Source of the DNA: Rhodospirillaceae bacterium
GTDB lineage: Bacteria; Pseudomonadota; Alphaproteobacteria; MPNO01; UBA2964
Direction of reading: 5' to 3'
DNA: 64,000 nt
Assembly (NCBI GenBank): GCA_002720855.1
Contig: PBIN01000014.1
Span: 777,619 to 841,618, forward strand
Below are positions 1-9,270 of the stretch, piece by piece. Within the stretch, counting starts at the first letter, position 1. Every line of letters starts with the position of its first letter. Made by a program: the position numbers and the translations under genes. A model generated the notes under the pieces. It did no database searches. It saw only the letters and a program-made list of their open reading frames with translations, and was not told the origin of the DNA.

Positions 1-259
1 CTGCGAAAACGCCGACAGCTGCGGTGAGCAGCATGAACCAGAATTTGCGCATAAGCTCCTTAAAATGTTCCCCTTGAAACGCTTGTAAAATATTTGTCGC
101 AATGATCGGAATAACCAGGAGCGGAATGGCGACTTGGAGATCAAGCACGACCGACATCAGCGCAATAGAAGTGAGCGGTAACCCCATGCCGGTAATGCCT
201 TTGACGATGCCGCCGCAAAAAAAGGCGATACCAACTGTTACGAGGACATATAATTCCAC
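1..259 (-). CDS. TauE/SafE family membrane transporter (sulfite exporter family), N-terminal part. The gene runs off the window start. Start codon is uncertain; GTG at 259 is the first candidate.
   Basis: The minus-strand frame is open from about 259 to position 1. It translates to VELYVLVTVGIAFFCGGIVKGITGMGLPLTSIALMSVVLDLQVAIPLLVIPIIATNILQAF..., which matches the TauE N-terminal G-x-x-G-x-G-G-G / TM1-TM2 pattern. It is missing from the ORF track only because it is truncated at the window edge. Confidence 0.5.
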   Translation of the reverse strand, partial: MELYVLVTVGIAFFCGGIVKGITGMGLPLTSIALMSVVLDLQVAIPLLVIPIIATNILQAFQGEHFKELMRKFWFMLLTAAVGVFA

Positions 260-429
260 TACCGACTCCCAGTCACTGTCTGCACCATGTCGATTAAACC
301 GTACAGGGTTGCCTGTCGAGAGTGCCTTTCAAAATTTGTAATGGCTGAAATTCTATCCACCGGTTATCCACTGCTCGCCTTTTCCTGATTCGCCTGGCTG
401 GTTTAGAGTCGATTCGAAAGGCACCTTGA

Positions 430-1743
430 ATGAACGCCATACCCTACGTCCAATCGGTAACCAATTGCTTGTCTGAAGCCGTTGGTGAACATGGATTGGA
501 TGCTGATCATTACGCTGAAACATTGCAAAGAACGTCAGCCGCGGTGGCCGCTATAAGGAGTGCTCATGCAGACGGCACTCTGCCATTGCTCAATCTCCCG
601 GAACAGGCCGAAGATATAAATCTATTGGAATCGGTTGCCGGACAATATCGCGATCAATTTGCTGATGTCGTAATCCTTGGAACCGGTGGATCCAGTTTCG
701 GTGGCCAAACATTATGTCGATTGGCTGATATCGGATTTGGCCCGCGCGATGGTGCGCCGACGCTTCAATTTTTAGACAATGTCGATCCGCATACGATTTC
801 TGAAATGCTAGAAAAATTCGATCTAAGTCGAACGGGTTTTCTGGCGATTTCCAAATCAGGTTCGACCGCGGAAACGATGACCCAGTTTTTAGTGTGTCTC
901 AAAGCGGTACAAATAGCTGTCGGTGAAGAAAAATCAGCACAGCATTTCACGGTGATTACCGAGCCGGAAGACAATGTGTTGCGCCGTATTGCCGAGAAGT
1001 ATGGGATGTCTGTACTGGACCATGACCCAGACATAGGTGGACGCTATTCAGCCCTGTCGCTCGTTGGTTTATTGCCGGTCATGATTGCAGGTCTCGACGC
1101 AAAGGCGGTTAGGGAAGGTGCGGCAAGTGTACTAGCACCCATTTTTGAAGAAGCACCACCTAACGAAGTGGAACCTGCGATAGGTGCGGCGATCGCTGTT
1201 GGGTTGGCCACCGAAAACAATATTTGTTCAACAGTGTTGATGCCTTATGTGGACCGGCTGGCTGATTTCGGTTTGTGGTTTCGGCAGTTGTGGGCGGAGA
1301 GTCTCGGAAAAGGCGGTAAAGGGACTACACCAATCAACGCGCTGGGAACCGTCGATCAGCACAGTCAGTTACAGCTCTATCTCGATGGACCGCCCGATAA
1401 ATTATTTACAGTGATAATGCTGGACTGCGCCAAAGAAGGACCACTGGTCACAGCAGATTTGGTTCACGATGAGGCGGTTGAATATTTGTCCGGAAAATCT
1501 GTTGGTGATCTCATGGATGCAGAACAGCGCGCGACAACAGAAACGCTAATACGAAACGGTCGTCCGACCAGAATCATAAAGCTCGAGAAACTTGATGAAC
1601 GTGCAATGGGTGCGCTGATGATGCATTTCATGCTTGAAACGATCATTGCTGCAGATTTGTTTGGCGTTGATCCGTTTGATCAGCCAGCAGTTGAAGAGGG
1701 CAAAAGATTGACGCGGGAATATCTCGCAAGCAACGGGACGTAA
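430..1743 (+). CDS. pgi: Glucose-6-phosphate isomerase (short bacterial type)
   Basis: 437-aa ORF. It carries the PGI sugar-isomerase motif [10 protein letters not shown] and matches alphaproteobacterial PGI in length and layout. Confidence 0.85.
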   Translation: MNAIPYVQSVTNCLSEAVGEHGLDADHYAETLQRTSAAVAAIRSAHADGTLPLLNLPEQAEDINLLESVAGQYRDQFADVVILGTGGSSFGGQTLCRLADIGFGPRDGAPTLQFLDNVDPHTISEMLEKFDLSRTGFLAISKSGSTAETMTQFLVCLKAVQIAVGEEKSAQHFTVITEPEDNVLRRIAEKYGMSVLDHDPDIGGRYSALSLVGLLPVMIAGLDAKAVREGAASVLAPIFEEAPPNEVEPAIGAAIAVGLATENNICSTVLMPYVDRLADFGLWFRQLWAESLGKGGKGTTPINALGTVDQHSQLQLYLDGPPDKLFTVIMLDCAKEGPLVTADLVHDEAVEYLSGKSVGDLMDAEQRATTETLIRNGRPTRIIKLEKLDERAMGALMMHFMLETIIAADLFGVDPFDQPAVEEGKRLTREYLASNGT

Positions 1744-1744
1744 T

Positions 1745-3550
1745 ATGACGATAAGACTCCTGCCAGAAGGCACTGTAAATCGGATCGCTGCTGGAGAGGT
1801 CGTGGAACGTCCGGCTTCCGCGGTCAAGGAACTTGTCGAAAATGCAATCGATGCAGGCGCCAATCTGATCGAGGTTTCGATCAAGGGCGGCGGTCGAAAT
1901 TCGATTATTGTAACCGACAACGGGAATGGGATGACCAAAGACGAACTGACTTTGGCAGTGGAACGTCACGCGACTTCCAAACTTCCCGACGATGATCTTC
2001 TGAATATAGCATCCCTCGGTTTTCGCGGTGAAGCTCTGCCGTCTATTGGATCTGTGTCGCGTCTAAATATTGAAAGTAGGGCGCGTGGCGCCAATGACGC
2101 TTGGTCTCTTTCGGTACTCGGGGGTGAGAAAGATTCCGCACGTCCGTCATCCCTGACACAGGGTACGCGGATAGAAATTGCCGACTTGTTTTTCGCTACA
2201 CCGGCACGGCTAAAATTTCTCAAGACGGATAGAACTGAGTTAAATCATATTCTCGATGTGGTTAAGCGCCTCGCGATGGCCAACCCGACAATTGGCTTTT
2301 CGGTCTTTGATGAAAAAGGAAAACGGATTCGGCTCGATGCAGCGCAGGGTGATTTGCTGGACGCCAGACTCGTTCGACTTTCAGACGTAATGGGAAAAGA
2401 ATTTGCGGAGAATGCTCTGCGGATCGATGCCAGTCGAGAAGGTATTAAACTCACAGGTTATGCGGGATTGCCAACACTCAACCAGGCTTACGCCAGATCA
2501 CAATATTTATTCGTCAATGGTCGGCCTGTACGCGATCCGCTGCTAACTGGAGCCGTACGCGGTGCTTATCAGGATTTACTCGCTCGTAATCGCCATCCCA
2601 TGGTCGCGCTCTATCTGGAGATTCCACCAATGTATGTTGATGTGAATGTGCATCCGATGAAGACCGAAGTCCGGTTTCGGGATGCCGGCTTGGTGCGAGG
2701 GCTAATTGTTGGGGCGCTAAAGCACGCTCTTGCCGACGCGGGACACCGCGCATCAACGACTGTATCGGCCCAGACGCTGGGAGCATTTCGTCCCGGTGCG
2801 CCGCCAGCGACGGTGTCTTCATATCCGTCAACGTCGCGTGGTAGCAATTTGGCTCAGGCGGCTTCCGAATATTTTGCGCCCCTTCCGGGTACGGAGCAGC
2901 CATCAGTAGTCGCCGTAGAAGACTCCGTTGTTCCATTTTCAGATCAGCCTGATGCCGTGTCGCAAGAGGCCTATCCATTGGGTGTAGCTCGCGCGCAACT
3001 TCATGAAACCTATATTGTCGCTCAAACGGACAGAGGAATTGTCATTGTTGACCAGCATGCTGCGCATGAACGGCTGGTCTACGAGAAAATGAAGCAGTCA
3101 CTGGACGAGGGCAAAGTAGCGCGTCAGGGCTTGTTGATACCGGAAGTGATTGAGCTGGAAGAAGCCCAGTGCCAGCGACTTGTCGAGAGATCAGAGCAAT
3201 TCGCCGAGCTTGGGCTTGTCATAGAAGCGTTTGGTTCGGGTGCTGTCGTGGTACGTGAAGTGCCAGCAATGCTTGGAAAAACGGACATTGTAGGATTGGT
3301 CAAGGACTTGGTAGATGATTTGCAGGAGCTTGGGGACGGTCTTACTCTCAAGGAACGGCTTGAGGAGGTTTGTGGTACCATGGCGTGTCACGGAAGTGTT
3401 CGTGCCGGAAGACGCTTAAACCAATCAGAGATGGATGCCATTCTGCGTCAAATGGAGCAAACACCCCATTCCGGTCAATGCAATCATGGTCGACCGACAT
3501 ATGTAGAACTTGATCTCGCCGATATTGAACGGTTGTTTGGTCGTCGCTAA
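1745..3550 (+). CDS. mutL: DNA mismatch repair protein MutL
   Basis: The N-terminus [34 protein letters not shown]...VTDNGNGM is the canonical MutL GHKL ATPase region. 601 aa. The start overlaps the pgi stop (ATGA-type junction). Confidence 0.95.
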   Translation: MTIRLLPEGTVNRIAAGEVVERPASAVKELVENAIDAGANLIEVSIKGGGRNSIIVTDNGNGMTKDELTLAVERHATSKLPDDDLLNIASLGFRGEALPSIGSVSRLNIESRARGANDAWSLSVLGGEKDSARPSSLTQGTRIEIADLFFATPARLKFLKTDRTELNHILDVVKRLAMANPTIGFSVFDEKGKRIRLDAAQGDLLDARLVRLSDVMGKEFAENALRIDASREGIKLTGYAGLPTLNQAYARSQYLFVNGRPVRDPLLTGAVRGAYQDLLARNRHPMVALYLEIPPMYVDVNVHPMKTEVRFRDAGLVRGLIVGALKHALADAGHRASTTVSAQTLGAFRPGAPPATVSSYPSTSRGSNLAQAASEYFAPLPGTEQPSVVAVEDSVVPFSDQPDAVSQEAYPLGVARAQLHETYIVAQTDRGIVIVDQHAAHERLVYEKMKQSLDEGKVARQGLLIPEVIELEEAQCQRLVERSEQFAELGLVIEAFGSGAVVVREVPAMLGKTDIVGLVKDLVDDLQELGDGLTLKERLEEVCGTMACHGSVRAGRRLNQSEMDAILRQMEQTPHSGQCNHGRPTYVELDLADIERLFGRR

Positions 3551-3580
3551 AGTTTTAAATGAGAAAGATTCTGAGTCTTT

Positions 3581-4303
3581 TTGGAAAATGAGATGACCAA
3601 GCTTCACAAGGTTGAACTATTCCCATCGACTATAGAGCAGGTTTTGCGGCGTCGCGGCGGCAAATTGCATGCTTACGATACAATCGACCCCGCTAAAACG
3701 GCACTCATTGTCATCGATATGCAAAATGTTTGGTTGCAGGAAGGGATGAACGGCTATTCGCCGTATTGTGCGGGTGCAGCACCGGCAACAAATAAGCTTT
3801 GCAAAGCAATGCGCGCGGCAGGAAGCAAGGTTTACTGGGTTCGTGCTATTTACGGTGACGACGCGCCAAAAACGTGGTCGGCTTATATGGAATATCTTAG
3901 CCCTGAAGACGTGTCGCGTATGATAGATGGGTTAACAGACGGCCGGCCTGGTGCTGAGATTTGGGACGGAATGGATGTTCAGCCGGAAGACGAGATCGTC
4001 ATAAAGAACAGATTTAGTGCTTTTATTCGCGGCTCCTCCGATCTAGAGGATCGGCTGCATGCCGCGGGTATCGATACGTTGGTGATGACCGGTGTCGCAA
4101 CAGATGTGTGTGTCGAGTCGACAACGCGAGATGCCCATATGCTCAACTTTCGCACAATGGTCGTTTCGGACGCGACCGCGACGCGGTCAGATGAAGCACA
4201 CAATGCTTCTCTAAGCGCGATGTTTAATCACTTTGCAGATATCTTTACCAGCGACGAAATTATCGATCTGCTGCCACAAGAGAAACTCGCAGCCGCAAAT
4301 TAA
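3581..4303 (+). CDS. Isochorismatase-family cysteine hydrolase
   Basis: ALIVIDMQNVW (catalytic Asp) and GVATDVCV (catalytic Cys) are isochorismatase-like hydrolase motifs. The start may instead be the ATG at 3593. Confidence 0.7.
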   Translation: MENEMTKLHKVELFPSTIEQVLRRRGGKLHAYDTIDPAKTALIVIDMQNVWLQEGMNGYSPYCAGAAPATNKLCKAMRAAGSKVYWVRAIYGDDAPKTWSAYMEYLSPEDVSRMIDGLTDGRPGAEIWDGMDVQPEDEIVIKNRFSAFIRGSSDLEDRLHAAGIDTLVMTGVATDVCVESTTRDAHMLNFRTMVVSDATATRSDEAHNASLSAMFNHFADIFTSDEIIDLLPQEKLAAAN

Positions 4304-4872
4304 TTCTCAACAGATTTGGTTTGTACAAACAAAATTTTGGCTTTGCCGTAGTGACGTTCGTCGATGATGGAATACCCTGGTATGGGTTCGAACGCTTCAG
4401 CACGATCTAACTCGATCACGACTAGTGCATCCAGTGCAATCCAGTGGGCTTCATCAAGGGCGGCTAGCGCCGACGCGGTCAGACCCAATCCATATGGGGG
4501 GTCTAAGAAAATGAGCGAGCAAGGTTTGTCGGTCTTTCTCGGATGAAGGCAGTCGGCGAAAATGATATCGACATTGTCGTCGCCTAGCGCGGCCAAGTTT
4601 TCTCTGCTGCAGCGCAGGGCAGTTTCTTGATTGTCAAAAAGCGTCGCATGGGAGGCACCTCTTGATACGGCTTCCAGGCCAAGTGCGCCTGTTCCAGCAA
4701 ATCCGTCCAGGACATTCGCGTCGCGGACCCAATCCCGACGACCCAGTATTTCGCCACCCTGAGTTAGGATATTGAAGACAGATTCCCGAACTCGATCACT
4801 GGTTGGCCGTAGTTCCCGGCCCTGTGGCGCAATCAAATGACGTCCGCGATGTTTACCGCCGACGATCCGCAT
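4300..4872 (-). CDS. rsmD: 16S rRNA (guanine966-N2)-methyltransferase RsmD
   Basis: The C-terminal region LDGFAGTGALGLEAVSRGA...LIFLDPPYGLGL carries the RsmD SAM-binding and DPPY motifs. The probable start is the internal MRIVGGKHRGRHL at 4872. The track ORF extends to a GTG at 4998 and overlaps rluB. Confidence 0.8.
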   Translation of the reverse strand: MRIVGGKHRGRHLIAPQGRELRPTSDRVRESVFNILTQGGEILGRRDWVRDANVLDGFAGTGALGLEAVSRGASHATLFDNQETALRCSRENLAALGDDNVDIIFADCLHPRKTDKPCSLIFLDPPYGLGLTASALAALDEAHWIALDALVVIELDRAEAFEPIPGYSIIDERHYGKAKILFVQTKSVEN

Positions 4873-5695
4873 ACTTCGTCCTGTTCGGTCTCGTTTTGCC
4901 TCGACCAGTTTCTGCTGTCTTTTTATTGATTGACGGCCGTTTCGATCTAAGGCGGCGTTTGTTTGGAGCTTCTGCCCCTGTTTGTTCAGTAAGGACACGC
5001 GCCGGCACCTCCCGAACCGTGTCGCGGTCTAGTTCGCCAAGCTGAAAGGGGCCATAGGCGATCCGGATGAGGCGATTTACCTGAAGCCCAAGATGTTCCA
5101 TGACGCGCCGAATTTCCCGGTTCTTACCTTCCTGTAGTGATACTGTTAGCCACGAGTTGTCGCCTTGGCGTTTGTCCAGCTGAGCTTGGATAGAGCCATA
5201 CTTGACGCCATCAATTGTGAGACCCTCAGCGAGAGTTTCCAACCTGGCTTCGTCCAAGGGTCCGTAGGCCCGTACCCGATATCGTCTTACCCATCCCGTT
5301 GCCGGGAGTTCCAACTTGCGCGCGAGCGTACCGTCATTTGTTAAAAGTAGAAGACCTTCGGAATTAAGGTCGAGGCGCCCCACAAGCATCACACGCGGCA
5401 AGGATTGTGGTAGATGATCGAATACGGTCGGTCGTTTTTTAGGGTCGCTGTTTGTCGAAAGTAAACCGCGTGGTTTGTGATATCGCCACAATCGCGATTG
5501 TTCCGGCTCAATAACCCGTTTGCCATCAACTGTAATAACCGTCTGATCGGTCACCAATGTGGCTGGGGTCGATATTTTGATTCCATCTACCGTTACGCGT
5601 CCATCGGCAATCAAGCGTTCTGCCTCCCTGCGTGAACAAAGACCAGCCCGGGATAAACGCTTGGCGATGCGTTCGCCTTTAATATTGTCTTCCAT
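4853..5695 (-). CDS. rluB: 23S rRNA pseudouridine synthase RluB (RsuA family) with a basic C-terminal tail
   Basis: An S4 domain (RIAKRLSRAGLCSRREAERLIADGRVTVDG) is followed by a pseudouridine-synthase core (VMLVGRLDLNSEGLLLLTNDG) and an Arg/Lys-rich tail. Confidence 0.85.
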   Translation of the reverse strand: MEDNIKGERIAKRLSRAGLCSRREAERLIADGRVTVDGIKISTPATLVTDQTVITVDGKRVIEPEQSRLWRYHKPRGLLSTNSDPKKRPTVFDHLPQSLPRVMLVGRLDLNSEGLLLLTNDGTLARKLELPATGWVRRYRVRAYGPLDEARLETLAEGLTIDGVKYGSIQAQLDKRQGDNSWLTVSLQEGKNREIRRVMEHLGLQVNRLIRIAYGPFQLGELDRDTVREVPARVLTEQTGAEAPNKRRLRSKRPSINKKTAETGRGKTRPNRTKYADRRR

Positions 5696-6406
5696 TTAAG
5701 AGGCAGAGGCTACAAATGCATCAAAGATACGGCGGTCGCCGGGATCGATTGAAAATTCAGGATGCCATTGAACACCGAGGCAAAATTTCTTGCCTGGTAA
5801 TTCAATGCCTTCAATTACGCCATCGGGTGCGGTTGCGTTGATGGCGACGTTGTCAGGTACGTTTTTAACAGCTTGATGGTGTGCGCTATTTACCGACATA
5901 GTCTCGCGGCCGGTGATTTGATGTAAGAGTGTGTCGGTTACGATAGCGATTTTGTGCCCCGCCTCATCGCGCGGATTGGGTTGTTCGTGCGCGATTGCAC
6001 CCTCAACCTCGTCGGGAATGTGCTGAATAAGCGTTCCGCCTAAAACGACATTGAGAAGCTGTTGGCCGCCACAAATCCCCAGGACGGGCATATCGCGGTC
6101 GATGGCTCCACGGGTAACCGCAATTTCAAATTCAGTTCTTCGGTCTTTTGTAACAACGGTTTCGTGCCGGGATTCGTCGCCAAATAAAGCAGGATCGACA
6201 TCAAAAGCGCCGCCCGTAATAACCAATCCATCGATCATTTCGAGGTAGCCCGTAGCAGCTTCGGGTTGGTGAGGTAGGGGAATAGGGAGCCCACCTGTAT
6301 CGGATACCGCGTCGCAATAGTTTTCGCGAACCGCATACCAGGGAAATTTCGAGTAGCCACCTGGTGGTTCTGAGTCGAGAGTTATTCCGATAACGGGCTT
6401 CTTCAT
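5696..6406 (-). CDS. Class I glutamine amidotransferase-like hydrolase (peptidase C26 / PuuD gamma-glutamyl-GABA hydrolase family)
   Basis: GATase1 catalytic Cys motif LGICGGQQLL and His motif LGVQWHPE. 236 aa. Confidence 0.75.
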   Translation of the reverse strand: MKKPVIGITLDSEPPGGYSKFPWYAVRENYCDAVSDTGGLPIPLPHQPEAATGYLEMIDGLVITGGAFDVDPALFGDESRHETVVTKDRRTEFEIAVTRGAIDRDMPVLGICGGQQLLNVVLGGTLIQHIPDEVEGAIAHEQPNPRDEAGHKIAIVTDTLLHQITGRETMSVNSAHHQAVKNVPDNVAINATAPDGVIEGIELPGKKFCLGVQWHPEFSIDPGDRRIFDAFVASAS

Positions 6407-6440
6407 ACGGTCACTGTAGAATGCCGCCGAGTCAGGTCAA

Positions 6441-6470
6441 GAAAAAGGGGCGCTCTTTGCAGAGCGCCCC
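6441..6470 (-). terminator. Rho-independent terminator downstream of tctC
   Basis: Perfect 10-bp inverted repeat GGGGCGCTCT-ttgc-AGAGCGCCCC at 6447..6470. On the minus strand it is followed by TTTTTCTT, 25 nt after the tctC stop. Confidence 0.8.
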
Positions 6471-6494
6471 AGAAATGGATCATCCCATCCATAA

Positions 6495-7553
6495 CTATTT
6501 CTTGGATTTTTTCTTCTTCTTTTTGTTATAGCCGAGAACTGTCGCCGTACGTTTTAGAATATCTTTCGGCGTCTTCATCAGTTCTGCAATATTGGCTTCA
6601 ACTTGCTCGCCCGTAAGTACTGAAAGATCCATTTTTCGCTTCTTGGCATCGGCCAGGAACTTCGGATCCTTCATTGTAGCAAGAAATGCTTTACGCAATG
6701 CTTTTAGACGGTCCTCCGGGATACCAGGTGGAGAACCGACAATCCGCGCCATGGCAACTGGAGCGGACAATAGTTTCGCAATTGGTTTGTAACTTGCCGG
6801 GACCACATCAACCAACATGGGGACCCCTTTAACGGCTGGATCGGGGTGCGGTGAGAGGCCTGCCTGAACGAGAGCATAAATCTTTCCAGTGCCAATCCAA
6901 TGCGGGCGAATTACGTTCCAGCTTTGCCAGGAACCACCACGTCCCTGAGCTTCACCGGCCTCCATGGCATTCGTCATCTTCGCCGTACCACGATATCCGG
7001 TAACGATTTTAAATTTTGTTCCGGCGGCAGCATTTAAGAACTGAGGGAATATGTAGGTTTCTGACCCTTTACCAGATGCCGCAAGGATGATTTCTTTTTT
7101 CTTCGCATCCTCAAGCGATTTCGCAACATCACCCATTGCGACAACCATACTGTTGAGGGCTGCCATGCTGCCAATCCAGCGCATCTTGCTCATATCAAAC
7201 TTGATGCCGCGCGGACGAATTAATTGGAAAAGCGGATGAGTCCAGAACGGTGTCATAACTGTCGTGCCATTTTTTGGAGCAACGTTATAAACATAGTTTG
7301 ATGCTTTAACGCCGCCTGATCCCGGCATATTGACAACAATGGCATTTGGTTTGCCGGGAAGGCGTGGACCCATATGCTGGACCAACGTCCGCATGTAGAG
7401 GTCATAACCACCACCAGGAGATGCGCCAATATAAAAGCGAACGGTTTTTCCGCTATAGAAATCAGATACGGCATCTGCTTGCGCAGCCGTTGTAACTCCC
7501 AAGCCAATGCTTGCGGCGATTAGTGCCGAGCTAAATCGAATGGTGTTTCTCAA
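6495..7553 (-). CDS. tctC: Tripartite tricarboxylate transporter substrate-binding protein (TctC/Bug family) with a poly-lysine C-terminus
   Basis: Signal peptide, then a Bug-family core (VRFYIGASPGGGYDLYMRTL...NMPGSGG). The C-terminus ends ...GYNKKKKKKSKK. Confidence 0.8.
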   Translation of the reverse strand: MRNTIRFSSALIAASIGLGVTTAAQADAVSDFYSGKTVRFYIGASPGGGYDLYMRTLVQHMGPRLPGKPNAIVVNMPGSGGVKASNYVYNVAPKNGTTVMTPFWTHPLFQLIRPRGIKFDMSKMRWIGSMAALNSMVVAMGDVAKSLEDAKKKEIILAASGKGSETYIFPQFLNAAAGTKFKIVTGYRGTAKMTNAMEAGEAQGRGGSWQSWNVIRPHWIGTGKIYALVQAGLSPHPDPAVKGVPMLVDVVPASYKPIAKLLSAPVAMARIVGSPPGIPEDRLKALRKAFLATMKDPKFLADAKKRKMDLSVLTGEQVEANIAELMKTPKDILKRTATVLGYNKKKKKKSKK

Positions 7554-7732
7554 TATAACCTCCCTGGTTAATCGATAATTTTCGGTTGCAAAAGTTTACA
7601 CTTGTGACCGATATCACAACACAAACTCATCATTAAAAACAATAGCTGAAAATAAATTTTTTGTGGCTATTGCACACACTGTTTGTGGCTCGCACTATTT
7701 GTCTGGATTGCATTTTATCGGAGGTAAAGGCG

Positions 7733-8473
7733 ATGGCTTTTTCCAGCTGGCGCGGCACCATTGGCATAATTAAACCCACAATGAGACCGGGTGGTCTTGA
7801 AGACATGATCAGAATTCTGCCGGAAGGGATTGGGGTCATTCCACTCTTCAACAATATCACACGTGGTGATCGGACTGAATTCAAAGAGGTGATGAAGGAT
7901 TACGATGAAAAAGTCGCAATTCTTGCTGAGCAGGGATGTGACGTCATTCATCCGGAAGGTGCTCCACCCTTCATGGTTCTGGGAAATGAAGGTGAAGCCA
8001 AAAAAATTCGCGCTTGGCAACGCAAGCATAAGACGCAGGTCTTTACGTCCGGAACAAATCATGTTGCGGCATTGCGAGCCCTAAAAGTGAAACGGTTTAT
8101 CGGTGCCAGTTATTTTCAGGGCGACATCAACAAAACCTTTGGAAACTATTTCAAAAAAGAGGGATTCGACGTATTGGGGATGGAAGGGATCGATATTCCT
8201 TTCAACAAGGTTCAAACACTGTCATCACATGAAATATATGCCTTCATAAAAAAACTCGCGCTGCAACACAAACGGGCACAAGCCATCTACATGCTTGGCA
8301 CAGGGTGGAAGGCACTTGAGGTCATACCAATGCTTGAACAAGACCTCGGCATACCCGTTGTTTATCCGATCACAGCGCGGGTTTGGGAATTTCAAAAACG
8401 TTTGTCGATCAACGAGCCGCGCAAAGGTTATGGGCAGCTTCTCGAAGAGATGCCCGACATGGTCAAAAGATAG
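7733..8473 (+). CDS. Asp/Glu/hydantoin racemase superfamily protein (arylmalonate decarboxylase / maleate isomerase-like)
   Basis: The N-terminus GTIGIIKPTMRPG and C-terminus KGYGQLLEE resemble the AMDase/maleate isomerase family. RBS GGAGGTAAAGG lies upstream of the ATG at 7733. The track ORF extends upstream to 7661. Confidence 0.55.
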   Translation: MAFSSWRGTIGIIKPTMRPGGLEDMIRILPEGIGVIPLFNNITRGDRTEFKEVMKDYDEKVAILAEQGCDVIHPEGAPPFMVLGNEGEAKKIRAWQRKHKTQVFTSGTNHVAALRALKVKRFIGASYFQGDINKTFGNYFKKEGFDVLGMEGIDIPFNKVQTLSSHEIYAFIKKLALQHKRAQAIYMLGTGWKALEVIPMLEQDLGIPVVYPITARVWEFQKRLSINEPRKGYGQLLEEMPDMVKR

Positions 8474-8479
8474 TGTTTC

Positions 8480-9193
8480 CTAAGGCGTCGTGGTTTGAGT
8501 AACGCCCGCCTCATATGCGTCTCTTTCTTTGTTCCACAGTTCCGCATAATCAACCGACTGCCATTCATCAAACCAAGGTCCGCCTCTTGTATAATGAATT
8601 GCGTTTGGGGTACCTGATACAGGTTTTTTGCACCATCCTTCCAACCAGTTCCAGCTTTCTGGAATTTCGCCGATTAAATCATCTGTGAGCCATTGGAATC
8701 GATGCAGAAAGGCACCGGTTTCCCGATTAATAACTTCTGGTGTAAGAATTGAGTTATCGGGGTGTCCGCAATTGTAAAGGACCATCGATGACCAGTTCTT
8801 ACGCGGGTACTGCGTTTGTGGACGGTCATCCATCTTGCTGTTTTCCTTTGGTTGATGGTCATGATGTACACACATAATGGCAAAGCGATCATCGAGAAGC
8901 GTTACCAATTCTGCGACATCGCCCAGCCAGAGAAAGTCACAATCACAAAATAGTGCCCACCCGCTAAAGTTCTGCAGATAAGGAACGAAGAAACGCGTAT
9001 AGGTGAATTCGGTTGCTGCTAACGGGTCTGCGTCGCGGATATATAAATCATTAGCCCGAAGGGATTGTTGCTTGATTGGCGTAACGGATACCGGGATCGA
9101 GGCGTTGGCGGTTATTGAGTGGCGGCAGACTTGAAATGCAATGTCTTCCCGCGAGTCCCAACCCACATAGACTGGAAAGGGTATCTGATTCAC
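8480..9193 (-). CDS. Putative nucleotide-sugar glycosyltransferase (GT-A-like, DxD motif)
   Basis: 237 aa. Contains FCDCDFLW (DxD-like) and a W/Y-rich C-terminal half, both typical of small GT-A transferases. No close family is recognised from sequence alone. Confidence 0.35.
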   Translation of the reverse strand: MNQIPFPVYVGWDSREDIAFQVCRHSITANASIPVSVTPIKQQSLRANDLYIRDADPLAATEFTYTRFFVPYLQNFSGWALFCDCDFLWLGDVAELVTLLDDRFAIMCVHHDHQPKENSKMDDRPQTQYPRKNWSSMVLYNCGHPDNSILTPEVINRETGAFLHRFQWLTDDLIGEIPESWNWLEGWCKKPVSGTPNAIHYTRGGPWFDEWQSVDYAELWNKERDAYEAGVTQTTTP

Positions 9194-9270
9194 TCATTCG
9201 TTCCCTGATGATCCACGAGCATTTGTGCCAAATCGATCCATTGGTGTCCAGATAGCCTGATTCTCTTTAT

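Noticed and set aside
102-341. 79-aa plus-strand ORF at the window start
   Set aside because: It lies antisense to a much better-supported TauE/SafE membrane-protein frame on the minus strand (1..259). It has no recognisable motif.
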